From NCBI RefSeq assembly GCF_018977255.1, contig NW_024704742.1:73038001-73102000 (forward strand): 64,000 nt of DNA, read 5' to 3'. The DNA comes from Callorhinchus milii (Eukaryota). A program made the translations under genes and the position numbers. The first letter of the stretch is position 1. Each line of letters starts with the position of its first letter. The notes under the pieces were generated by a model, which did no database searches, was not told where the DNA came from, and saw only the letters and a program-made list of their open reading frames with translations. Positions 13,403 through 25,690 of this stretch are shown in pieces.

Positions 13403-14877
13403 ATGCCCTTTAATGCTTCCCATCAAAAGAAAATCCGAGCCTCAAACTGACTGGGATTTGCACAGTATTGCTAAAGGGATTTTTTTTTCATATGACAGAT
13501 TCTACAGTTTCAGATTTCTTATCCTCAGTGTTCATGAGACTGAAAAAACAAGACAACCGCGCAGAATATATTGTAAAGTGGATTGACTGTGTATTTTGTG
13601 AGCAAAATGCAGTAGCCAATTGTGCACAGCAGTGTCCCGCAAACAGTCGTGGATTGAGTCACCAACAGTGCAATTTCACCTAAATTCCCAATTCACCACA
13701 TGTGGCTAGTGGCTAACATATTGGAAAACCCTGGTCTAGGCTGACACTCAAATGCAGTGCTGAGGGTCTGCTGCATTGTTAGAGGTACCAGCCTTTTGAT
13801 TAAATTTTATACTAAATATTTATACTAAAGTACCGTCTCCTGTTCAGGTGGACATTAAGGTTCCTATGGCACTATTAGAAAAAGAAAGGAGTTTCTACCT
13901 ATGTCCTGGGCAACAATCCCCCAAATAAAATTGGTCACTCACTCCATGGCTGTTTGTGGGACATTGCTGTGCGCAATTGTGCTGCTGTTTGCCTACGAAC
14001 ACACAGTCACTCCATTTCATAGTATAATCCTGTGAAGCTGCTTTGAGACATCCTTCGGTCATTATAAGGCGCTGTAGCAAATGCAATATTATTATTATTA
14101 GCTGTTCAGCAATTAACTCACTTGAGGCGTGTGAAAGATTGAGGGTAATATATGATTTTTTAGTATTTTTGGATCATCTCTTTGACCTTGCTGTGGCCAT
14201 CAGGAGAAAATATTTCACTCCCAGGGCTTGAGAGGTTCTCGTACAGAAATAATCGAGGTGGTCGTCAGACTTCTTAACTGATTCTGATCCTCCAGCCAAA
14301 GTTGATTCTCATTCACTTATTTATAGTTTATTTATAACTACATTGAATTGTCCGCTTCTTTGGATTCGGGGTCTAACTCCAGATCAACGAGATAATTTCT
14401 CCCACAAAATATACAGTCAGTTCACTTTACAGTTTATTCTGTGAAGCACTTTTGAGATGTCTCGAAGACGTGATAAGAACTATATCAAATGCAACGATTA
14501 TTACTTATTATTATACTTGACACAAAACAGTACTCTTTAAAATGGCTTTACTGTGTTTAAACTTTTAATTGGATTTCATAATATTTCATAACTATTCTAA
14601 CTATTCAAAAGCTATTAGTGTACTCTGGTTTTGAACAAACTAAATAGTATATGAGTGCAAACATTCAATAGAATGTGGATTCCTTTGACCTAGCAACCTT
14701 TACATTAGCAAATGAAATTCTATTTTCTGGTAGTTTAGAGCTAGTGTATTAAGTGTTAGCAAATATTGTAAGGAAATACACTAAATCAGATTCAGAATGG
14801 GTGTGAAAATGTTGTGGATTGTTAATTGCAGTTTGTGAATTGACCTTCTAAAGTAACACAAGATTGGTATCAGAGGT

Positions 14878-15297
14878 GTCAGTCTGCTCAGTGGATAGTA
14901 ATCTCGCCTCTGATTTCAGGAAGTTTGGGGTCCGAGTCCTACACTCTAGACTGACAGTACAGTGCTAAGGATGTGCTGCATTGTTGGAGATTCATGCTTT
15001 GGATGAGACTTTAAATCGAGGTCCCGTCTGCCTGTTCAGGTGGATGTTAAAGGTCCCATGATGCTGTTTGAAAAGAGAAGGGATTTTCTCCTGGTGTCCT
15101 GGCCAACAATACCCCAGATCAAAAAATAGTCATTTACTTCATGGCTTTTTGTGGGACATTGCTGTGCACAAACTGGTTGCTGCGATTGCCTAAAAAATAA
15201 ACAATCAGAACACTCTAATATAATAAATCTTGTGAAGAGCTTTGAGACACTTCAGTGACGTGATAAGGTGCTATACCAAATTCAAGGATTATTATAT
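14878..15297 (+). mobile_element. SacSINE1/DeuSINE-like SINE
   Basis: gctcagtggatagtaatctcgcctctga head, ggatgagactttaaatcgaggtcccgtctgcctgttcaggtggatgttaaa core, gtgggacattgctgtgcacaaa block; family name from recall of the shark SacSINE1 consensus. Confidence 0.75.
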
Positions 15298-15475
15298 TAC
15301 AAAAAACAATTTTGGTGCCTCTCTTCCGTGAAATAAATAGTCCCTAATAATTATAATATTATATTTATTATTATAAATAGTCCCTTCATTGTAAACCCAT
15401 TAGCAATCTGCACCACTTGGACTGATATCAATTATTCCTGATTTGCTGACACATGATTTGCTGCATGTGTGAGTT

Positions 15476-15898
15476 AGGCTGGCTCAGTTGGTAGCACTCT
15501 TGCCGCTGAGTCAGAAGATTGTGGGTTCAAGTCCCTCACTGACACTTGGAACACATATAATCTATGCTGACACTCCAATGCAGTGCTGAGAGTGTGCTCT
15601 GTTGTCAGAGATGCTATCCTTCAGGTGAGAGAGGTTCTGTCTGCCTCCATGTGGACGCTACAGATTCCATGCACTATTCGAAAAGAGAAGGGAGTTTCTC
15701 TTAGTGTCCCAGCCAACAATCCCCCAAATAAAATTGATTACTCACTCCATGGCTGTTTGTGGGACATTGCTATGTACAAACTGGCTGCCACTTTCTCCCA
15801 AAATACACAGTCAATACATTTTACAATGGGTCCTGTAAAGCGCTTTGAGACTTTTTGACCTTGTTATAAGGTGCTGTATCAAATACAAAAATTATTAT
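15476..15898 (+). mobile_element. SacSINE1/DeuSINE-like SINE (further copies at about 8225-8390(-), 11128-11645, 13735-14100, 26940-27345, 33368-33840, 40425-40800(-), 45100-45395, 51585-52045, 54205-54477, 54912-55300)
   Basis: ggctcagttggtagcactcttgccgctgagtcagaagattgtgggttcaagtccc head plus shared core and tail. Confidence 0.8.
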
Positions 15899-16864
15899 GA
15901 TTGTGCTACCTTCTATCTTGTATATTTCTATACCATAATGCTTGAACTACTGAGTGCACCTGTTGGTTAACCTGGGCACACGCACAATGTATGTATCCCT
16001 CAGGCCCAGGAAATCATTAGGCAACTCCAATATCTGTGTGTAACTTCCTGATGTGAATCAGATTACAGAACTCCAATTGTTGGATTGTAGCCATTGTTCC
16101 ATGGCCAGATGACCACCTACATCTGAGGCAACACAGTTGGAGCCAATATAACTCATTCATTCATATTTCTACAGTGCATTTACACCCGAGCATGACAATG
16201 GAATAAATGATGAAGTGGAGTCAGACTTGTGGTGGTGACTATTGCATTTCGAGCACATGTGCTCCCTCTTACACTAGGATTTGGCAACAGTGTGCCTGTG
16301 TTTAGGCAGAAGAACAGCAACATCAGCGAAATGAATGTAGCGGTGTACATTTGACATCAGTCACATAAATCTTGTTGTTGATTGTATCATTTCCTCCCGT
16401 TACCAATTCACATGCCACTTCAGTGGAACCTGCAAATCGCTTCTCCTGTGCAGTGCATAACATGAATGTTGGTACCTAGAGGACAAATTTATGTGTTTGT
16501 TGAAGTCGCAAGATGTCATTGCTGATTAAATGAAACTTGGAATATTTACCTATAAAATATCATTGCACAGTCAATTGTGACTATTTTAGGGACCTGGGTT
16601 TAAATCCAAGGCAGAGTGATAGGATAAAGGTCTCTTCTGTTTGTTGGCTGTAAAGTTTTGACCTAACAGAGCATAATGAGTTGCAATCCATTTTATATTG
16701 TATAACTACTATTTTTAGCAGTGGCTTATTTTTGCTCAGCAGGCCTGACCTCCATTTGGTTTGCTTTATTTTCATGCAAATCATGTGATCCCACTTCTTC
16801 TACCACTTTAATGAAAGTAAATTGAATTTTTTAAAATTAATTTTGCATTAAAGCATTGACATAA

Positions 16865-19168
16865 AAAGTTCATATAAGTAAATCTTTGAAGGTGGCAGGG
16901 CAGGTAGATAAAGCTGTTAAAAAAAATGCATACAGGGCACTAGGCTTTATAAATAGCGACATAGAATATAAAAGTCAGGAAGTTATGATGAACCTTTATA
17001 AAACACTGGTTAGGCCTCAGCTGGAGACTGTGTTCAGTTCTGGACATTACACTTTAGGAAGGATGTCAAGGCATTGTAGAGGGTGCAAAGGAGTTTTACC
17101 AGGATGGTACCAGGATGAGGGACTTCAGTTATCAGGAGAGGTTAGAGAAGCTGGGATTATTCTCCTTGGAGCAGAGAAGGTTAAGAGGAGACTTAATAAA
17201 AGTTTTCAAAATTATGAGGGGATTCGATAGGGTGAACAAGGAGAAACTATTTCCATTGGCGGGTGTGTTGGTAACCCGAGGGCACCGATATAAAATAGTT
17301 TTAAAAGAAACAGAGGGGAGGTGAGGAGAATTTTTTTCACGCAGTGCCCCACATATCACCGACATCATCAACCTGTCCCTCTCCTCTGGCTCTGTCCCCA
17401 TTCCCTTAAAAACTGCCACCATCACGCCCACCCTGAAAAAACCCTCCCTTGATGCGTCGCAGCTATCAAGCTACCGGCCCATCTCCAACCTCCCCTTTCT
17501 CTCCAAGGTCCTGGAAAGAGTTGTCGCCTCCCAACTGCGCTCTTTCCTTTCCACCCATTCACTTTTCGAAACCCTTCAGTCGGGTTTCCGTGCTGCCCAT
17601 AGCACAGAAACTGCCCTGGTCAAGGTCACCAATGATATCCTGACCATCTGTGACCAGGGCTCCCTCTGCCTCCTCGTCCTCCTCGACCTATCGGCAGCAT
17701 TCGATACGGTCGACCACGCTATCCTACTCCACCGCTTGTCCTCCCACCTCAACCTTCAAGGCCCTGTCCTTGAGTGGTTTAGGTCGTACCTTTCTCACCG
17801 TCTTCACTTTGTCTCGACGAATGGCTTCTCCTCCACCCCCCGCACTGTCTCATGTGGTGTCCCTCAGGGCTCTGTCCTCGGTCCCCTCCTCTTCACCCTC
17901 TATATGCTCCCCCTGTGGTGACATCATCCGCAGACATGGGGTTAACTTCCACATGTATGCGGATGACACCCAACTCTACCTTTCCTCCTCTACTCTCAAC
18001 TCCACGACCACCGATGTCCTGACAGCTGCCTGTCCGACATCGAGTCCTGGACGAGAGACAACTTTCTTCAGCTCAACGTGCGAAAAACCGAGGCCCTCCT
18101 GATTGGCTCACGTCAGCGCCTCCGCACCTCAGGCGTCGACACCATCAGCATCCAAGGCTGCACTCTCCACCTCTCAAAGCCAGTCAGGAACCTCGGCGTT
18201 TTGTTCGACCCTGAGCTGTCCTTTCTCCCTCACATCCGCACCACAACTGGCACCGCCTTCCATCACCTCCGGAACATCGCCAGACTACGGCACTACCTCA
18301 CCCCTCACGCTGCTGAAACCCTGGTCCATGCCTTTATCACCTCAAGGCTGGACTATGGGAACTCTCTCCTCGCCGGCCTTCCCGGCCCCTCCCTCCACAC
18401 TGCAGGTCATTCAGAACTCTGCAGCTCGTGTACTGTCCCGCACCAGACACCGCGACCACATCACTCCCACCCTCGCTCGCCTCCACTGGCTCCCCATCCC
18501 CCAGAGGATTGATTTCAAGATCCTCATCCTCACCTACAAGGCCATTCACGGCCTCGCTCCCTCCTACCTCTCTGACCTACTATCCCCCTACCTACCTGCC
18601 CGTATCCTCCGTTCCTCCGGCTCCGGGCTGCTCCACATCCCCCGCCCCAACCGCCCTACCATCGGTGGCCGGGCCTTCAGCCTCTCAGCCCCCAGGCTCT
18701 GGAACTCTATCCCCCAGTGCCTTCGCCGCCTCCTCCCTTTCTTCCTTCAAGGCCGGTCTCAAGACCTTTCTCTTTGACCGAGCCTTCAGCTCCCCTCTCG
18801 ACTCTCTTCCCCCTCCTCGCTCCCTCCCTTCCCTCCCCTCACCCTGACCATTTCCCCCCTGCTCGGGTCATGACCCAACTGTGCAGCGCCTTGGGACGTC
18901 CTCCTGACGTGAAAGGCGCTTTATAAATGGAATCTTGTTGTTGTTGTTGTTCAAATCTGGAATGCATTGCCTGAAAGGGCAGTGGAAGCCGATTTGATAA
19001 GAACTTTTAAGAGAGAAGTAGATAATTATTTGGGGAGGACAAGTTTGCAGGGCTATGGGGAGAGAGCGGGAGTATGGGATTGAATTGGAGAGCTCTTTTT
19101 AAAGAACTGATCCAGACACAATGGGCCGAATGGCCTCCTTCTGTGCTGTATAATTCTATGATTCTATG
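16865..19168 (+). mobile_element. CR1 LINE 3' part, split by a nested L2 insertion (CR1 = 16865-17344 and 18952-19168)
   Basis: ORF2 C-terminus (LYKTLVRPQLE; ERLEKLGLFSLEQRRLRGDLIKVFKIMRG), tail aattctatgattctatg. Confidence 0.93.
17345..18951 (+). mobile_element. L2-clade LINE, 5'-truncated, relatively young, nested in CR1
   Basis: RT motifs [35 protein letters not shown]; 3' stem-loop and (TTG)n tail. Confidence 0.96.
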
Positions 19169-20977
19169 AAAATAGCTAAATTAAATGAGATGCAAAACAT
19201 TCTGTTTATGTAGTAAGATGGTGTAGGATACAACATAAGACTAAATTCTGTTAAGTACTAATTAGACACTAAATGATCAGCATATTTAGAGACTGGAACT
19301 TTATTCAACATTTGGCTGTAGTAATCAGAATTGCATAGAATGTTACAGCACAGAAACAGGCCATTCGGTCCAACTTATCCGTGCCAGTGTTTATGCTCCA
19401 CACGAGTCTTCTTCCTTCCTAATCCCCTCTACCATACTCCTCTACTCTCTTCTCTGACCCAGAAGTGTTTGATGCAGATGAAATGATAAAAAATGAAAAA
19501 CATGTTTCATTTCCTCAGTGCCAACACCTCTCAATTTGACTGGAACATAAATTCACCTCATAGCCTTTTAAATAACTGATTTTGGTTTGAAGTCTGGAAA
19601 GGATGCTGTAGTGCTGTAGTCTTATCAAAAATAGGATCTAACTTGTGGTATTTCTTAACATTTCTTACCAATTTCTAACTAATTAATGTAGTCTTCATGT
19701 TTTAGAAATGTGGTAATTGTGCATTTCTGATGAAAAAAGGCAATTACAAAAAAAGCACAATGTAGTAGTCCCTAATATCTGTCTAAGATCTTGGGAGCAG
19801 CAGTCCATCTGGCTCCATATTTGCTCTGGTTTCTTCGCTTTTCAGAGCCTCCAGAATTTGGCAAACTCTTAATTTTGAAGCCGGTTTTCTGTAAATTCTT
19901 TTAATAGCTACAAACAACAGCGTCAAAGTTCAGACAGAATTCAACAATTCTAACATCTTTGACATGTCTTTCATGTACATTATCATTTTTGATATATGTC
20001 ATGTTTTCGTTCGAAACATTCCAATTATATAGGTCGCTATTCAGATAGCGAAACGGAGCTGAATTAGTATTCATTAGTCATTAGTTCAGGGTGATGCCAT
20101 TTGCATATTGTCTATCTGTGCATGTTAATTCAGCTCCCACATAGGGTGATAGTCTGTGGCTTTCCCAACATTTCTTTTCATATTAATGCTGACCATTTCA
20201 ACAAAATATTTGAAGAAAGAGAGAATAAACACTTATCAAAACGTAATCATAATTCTTTGGAACAATTTACGGTCAATTCACTTTACAGTATATTCCATGA
20301 AGCGCTTTGAGAATTCCAGAAGACTTGAAAAGCGCTATATCAAATGCAAGATTATTATTATTATAATTTGAGTTTATAAAGAGCTGCTAATGGTGAACTT
20401 TGAGACATCTCAAAGATGTGATAAGGCGCTATATCAAATGCAATGATTAGTAGTATTATTAATAACGGTGCTGTTGGTTTTGCACAATTTCTTGCAGTGC
20501 CAATGTAGTTGTTTTCTACCTTGTCTATCATGTTGTACTGTGGTGACAAAATTGTCTGAACCACTGAGCTGTGCTGCCTTATAAAGCTCAGAACTGAATG
20601 GTTCAGGAAAGCATCATTAATACATAGGATTAGGCAACTGAGCTATGAGGAGAGGTTGTAGAAGGTAGGAATGATATGATCATATTAAAGTATTTCAAAC
20701 TGTAATGGATATTGAGCCCAATACCTTATTCAGTATTGTAATCAGGTTCCAACAAGGAGTCAGGGTTGCAGATTCCGAGGGGAAAGGGAGCAGAGAGATT
20801 ATATTGAACTACTGTTTCAGAGTGTGGAATAGTTTTCAGGTTGGAGAGAGTGCTACAATTGGCTTCGGTGCTGGCTGAGAAGCCAACATGATTTCTACTT
20901 TAGATTAACTGATCACAGAATCTTACAACACAGAGAAGTGGCCATTCGGCCCTTCGTGCCTCTGCCAGTTCTCTAAT

Positions 20978-21182
20978 GGGGAGAAATTCCATCATTAACT
21001 TAATTACTCAATTTCTCTTACATTTAGAGTCCAGAATTCGGCAAATCTTAAATACAGCAATAATTTTTAAGCCATTTTATTATAACTTTTTTAAAGCTGT
21101 ATAAAAATGACTAAATTCAACAATTTGCCAACTTCTGGACACGATAAATGATACGTTAATATAGTAGGTGGAATTTTTCTCC
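20978..21182. mobile_element. Palindromic MITE-like element
   Basis: Ends ggggagaaattcca / tggaatttttctcc; inner inverted pair gtccagaattcggcaaat / atttgccaacttctggac. Confidence 0.55.
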
Positions 21183-21502
21183 ATGAAAAGTCAAATTTAT
21201 TCTAAAAATGTCTAAATAAATGCCTGAGAGCAGTAAATGTAATAGTTCTGTGGTTCTTCAGAATGATTGTTTTCGTCCTGAATATGTGTTCATTTGAGAG
21301 AGAATTGGCAGCTTTCCACCAAACCTGACAAAGGCACATTTCTGTCCCTTTTGATCCAATCATCTCTTTTATTTAAGAAAACTTGTGAGGAGCCATCGAG
21401 GTTATGTTTTCTGTATAAATAGTAAGAAATTCATAATGATTAAATATTATTCAATGGTTTACAGTGAGCGATACACAGCCTAACAACTGGCGTTGTTAAC
21501 AT

Positions 21503-21674
21503 GGGAAATCCCCGGTATTTCCAAGTTGCAGAGTACAGACCTATAGCAGGAACTAGCCATTTTATTTCTGGTTACTCTTCGGGGGATTGCATGTGACTCA
21601 ATGCAGCAGCAGTACATTTACTCTCAGGAATGTCCTGCTGCTATTAATTTCTTGTTAAAAATTAGGAACTTCCC
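21503..21674. promoter_or_regulatory. Candidate intronic enhancer: kB, AP-1, kB
   Basis: GGGAAATCCC(C) 21503-21513, TGACTCA 21594-21600, GGAACTTCCC 21665-21674. Confidence 0.5.
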
Positions 21675-22285
21675 ATTGTGTCATAAGCATTTTGTGAAAC
21701 TCCGTGGATCAGTGGTGATTTTCTGAATGATATGTGTATTTTTTTTAAACCGTGTCAATTGTTTATTTTTGAAAATGAAGTATAAACACATCGAAACAAG
21801 GGAAAGAGGTTCCATTCTGAGGCCAGAGTTCTATACAGTAAGCAGCACATTGCCTCTAATTATATACAATATATAAGAATTATCAATGTATAAAAAGCAG
21901 CCAACGACTATTTATATAGCCTCCTTCATGTAGGATAACGTCTGAGAGCACTGTAGAGTGGCGGGTTGGACACTGAGCAAGGGAAAAGCGGGAGAGCTGA
22001 TGACCATAGACGTGGTCGAAAAGGTAGTTTTTCAGGGGGGATTGAAAGATAAATAAAGAGGGGATGACGGTTTAGGGTCACAGTGACACAGTTTATGTGA
22101 ATCGAATCTAGGTGATGTTGTCACCCGTTGTCATATGGTATTTGGCTTTAATATCATGATCGTTAAACTAGCGGGGGAAGAATCAGTGTCAGGTTGATTT
22201 GTAAACCTTTGTTCTGAAGTGAGGTAGCAACCTCACCACAGAGAACGGGGGAACTCCAAGTGTAACTCAGCTACCACACTCTTAC

Positions 22286-22301
22286 GCTCCATCTAGTGGC
22301 T
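22286..22301 (-). promoter_or_regulatory. Candidate CTCF site
   Basis: Minus strand AGCCACTAGATGGAGC fits the CTCF core. Confidence 0.5.
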
Positions 22302-22690
22302 AGCTCAGAAGTGATGACAGAAGCCTGGGAGCAGGCCATAATGCCTACTATTTCTTTGTTACACAAAGGTAAATAAAAAGCCAGGGAGATTAAAATTAAA
22401 ATGAGACAAAACACGTGCAAAATTATTTTCCAGTTTGAGAAATGTACACAAGAAGAATATAAATCCGCCACTGAAAGAGTCCCTAACTTATTGTGCTATA
22501 ACTTTCAAAATGGGAAGTTCTGTGGTTTGTAAGTGACAGTATAAACGTGGCAAAAGTAACTCCTCCCAGCCAGTTCACCCAGATATTTACCGAGACACTG
22601 AAAAACAAGTTTTAAACCTCTAAGTCATTGTAACTTTCAAAAGGTGACATGTTTGGCAACGGAATGACGGAATCGAGCCCCCACTTTGTG

Positions 22691-23180
22691 ACGGTCTCTA
22701 ATCCGGTTCCTGAGCCAGTATTCCAGGGCGCTGCTGATGACAGCACAGCCAGCATAGATCATAGGCAGGACTTGGAAGGGCAGGCCAGTCACTGGGGGTA
22801 AGGGAATCATCCCACTCAGCTCCTGTTAATCCTGCAAGCCAAAGCACTAACGGATAGGGTGGTCTTAGCTGGATAAGTAGCAGGTCAGCTTACCAGACAT
22901 CAATATCAATGGCAAACTATGGTTGCACTTCAGCAGTACCCTCACATACACTCTGGGGTACCCAAGCTTTGTCTCTTGCAAACCTGCACCTAATACTTTC
23001 TGGAATTAGGTAAACGGTGCGTCCCTCCAGGGAGAGAGTGCGCATTCCATTCCAACAATCTATCTCTAGGATTTCCATGTGTAGGTGGGATGCATGGAAA
23101 CCTCAGGTTGGTTTAGATACTCTTAAACAAGGTGATTGCTTTCCGCATATGTCGGATACCCAGCTGACCATAAAAAAAAC
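22691..23180 (+). repeat. Unclassified ~480 bp interspersed repeat (other copies 24928-25022, 42960-43048, 44533-44650, 46212-46570(-))
   Basis: Direct sequence similarity among five intronic segments; A-rich end. Confidence 0.85.
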
Positions 23181-23279
23181 TTTCAAAGGGGTAATGGTGA
23201 ACATCGTTATAGCTCAGACTAACGTTCAGCACTGACCTAAGCAAATTACTTGCTATTTAACACAGCAACTCTGTTAAAC

Positions 23280-23564
23280 ATCAGATAGAGTTTTTTCTAG
23301 TGACCAGCTGTGCAATGAGAACGATTATATTTTTGTTTGGTGATATCAATTGGCTATTTTTGATGTGCATTGCGGTCCATTAGAAAATGAAACATCCCTG
23401 AATGGAAGGATGTGTCACACACTAGCAGCTAAAAGAGGTTCCAATGAAATCTGGTTTAATACATCAAAAATAGCCAATTGATATCACCAAACAAAAAAAT
23501 AATCGTTCTCATTGCACAGCTGGTAACTTTATCCACCAAGTCACTAGAAAAAACTCTATCTGAT
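23280..23564. repeat. Long inverted repeat / fold-back (arms 23280-23366 and 23461-23564)
   Basis: Arms are near-perfect reverse complements, with a ~17 nt insertion in the right arm. Confidence 0.9.
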
Positions 23565-25022
23565 TCTAATTCAGTCTTTGGATAAATTAAAATAACTATT
23601 GTGCATTGATGCATCCATACACCTCAGTGTTTGAAAATACTGTACATTTCTTTATAAAAAAAAATTGAAATGTTGCTTGGTTCAAAGTAGATTCAAATGA
23701 AATGTGTGACCCGACTTTTGGGATGGCTTCTGCAGTTAAACTCATAATCAATAAACTGTTGATAAATTGGATCCTACAAAGTTAGTGCATCTTCTTCAAA
23801 CTCCTGAAGAGAGAATTCCACAAGTTTAGGCTGGTTCCCTTCTGTTGGAAGTGATCAAATGAAATTGGTCATCGGTGTTTGTGGGACATTACTTTGCTAA
23901 AATGGAGCCACATTTACGCACAAGTTACACAGGCTCTGCACTTTATAGCAAATCTTGTGAAATACTTTGGATGCTCCATTCATCTTTGCCTGGGGAGGTT
24001 GAGGAGGTCAGAGCTGCAGGAGAGAAGACATTGATGACAGCCACAGAGTGTGCCTTCCTTCTTGTTGACATTTAGCTGAAGGAAGTTTGTGCTCATCCAG
24101 GCCTTGATATCTGGTGTAAATTAATCTTCCTCGCCCTCCATGTCCCTGTATTGAAAAGAAAGCTGCTTTGACTTTCATATTTAGCTTCTGTGCTTCTGTC
24201 TTTAAAGATTCCTGTGTATACAACCATAACCAAACCTCATTGTAAAATGTGCTGATCACAATGTGCTGTCGGTTTCAATATTTTTCCTTTTGAACATTAT
24301 AACTGCTTTAGTTCTGAGGCTACTTACCACTTGCTAGCAGCCCAATTTCACAAAGCGACAGTGCATCTCCTTGTGGTTTTAGTCTGTAGCTGAGAAGAAG
24401 CATGTCAACAGTAAGCCTGGAGGCATTCTTCCTGCAAATTATAAAATAACCAGAGGTATTTAACCTTTGCAATTGCTTTCACTGGGGAGAAGGACAGGGG
24501 AGAAGTCAAAAGCAAATTAATATTAATAAGTTATATCAATGAATATTACAAGGCCATATTCATTTTTAAGGCCAGTCAGGCTAAGGACAACATTTCTGCT
24601 GCATGTTTTCTTTTCAATTCTGTCAAGTTATGCTTGTATCCCAAAGAGTTTTAAGGAAACACATTGAATACAAACGGTTGTTGTAACAGGTGACCATCCT
24701 TTAATACCTGTAACTTGTAAACTAGAAACACATAGTGACCCGGGATTGACAGCAATAACTGGAGCGACCGTTTAACTGAATTGGGTTGTAACAGGGTTCT
24801 GTTTATTTCTATGAGACAAATAGAGAACACCCAGTGGTAAACTGATCATTATAGGATTTGTCCTGCAGTGAAATGAGTGAATATCTTTGGCATCTTTGGA
24901 TCTTCTTGGAGCTAAACTGAACTGACCATCGGTCTCTAGTCCGGTTCCTGAGCCAGGTGGTCTGCTGTATTCCAGGGCACTGCTGATAACTGCACAGCCC
25001 AGCCTGGCTCATCGGCAGGACC

Positions 25023-25340
25023 TAATAATAATAATAATCCTTGCATTTGATCTAGCGCTTTTCACGTCTTCTCGACATCTCAAAGCGCTTCACAGAATAG
25101 ACTGTAAAGTGAATTGACTGTATATTTGTGGGCGAAACGCAGCAGCCAATTGTGCACAGCAGCATCCCACAAACAGTCCTGGATTGAAAATGACCAATTT
25201 ATTATTGTTTTTGGTTTTGGAGGGATTATTATTAGGCATGTGGAATAAGGAAACTTGCCCAAGGTTTCGCCCTGCCTGGAATTGAACCCAGGCGTCTCGC
25301 TTGCAAGGCGAGTGCTCTAACCACTGAGCTACAGGACTCC
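25023..25340 (-). mobile_element. tRNA-Ala-headed SINE, short subtype
   Basis: Reverse complement of 12484-12813. Confidence 0.92.
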
Positions 25341-25344
25341 ATAA

Positions 25345-25690
25345 ATCGGAAATTGGTAAATCGAACAAAACTCCCAGCCCCAATTCATTTGTATTCTTAC
25401 CTGTTTTAAATACGATGGTTGATTCGGACAAAAATCTGGTCAATCCGGGCAAAATGCCATGCTGGTTGTCATTTACAAGTTGCTGGAGTTGTGTTGTCGA
25501 TCAGGGAGTGGGGGGGCGGAGGAGCGGGGAAAACAAGGGAGGGAATGGGAGGAGTCAAATTGTGATTGATTGACAGCTGACCTGCTTGTGATTGGCAGGA
25601 GCCCAAACATTCACAAGCAACTCCAGGCTATCAGTCACCTCTGAGCTCCGGCTAATCGGTCCCTTCCTGTCCAATGGGAACGGCAATGGG
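25345..25690 (+). mobile_element. Fragment of the Tigger/pogo-like MITE family seen at 62608-63252
   Basis: Shared gcccc-attcattYgtattcttac-tgtttt and acaagggagggaatgggaggagtcaaat blocks. Confidence 0.65.

Noticed and set aside
20978..21182. kB-like motifs GAGAAATTCC / GGAATTTTTC
   Set aside because: They are the terminal inverted repeats of a MITE-like element
23016..23028. GTGCGTCCCTCC resembles a stretch of 7SK RNA
   Set aside because: Only ~12 nt match; the flanks do not resemble 7SK
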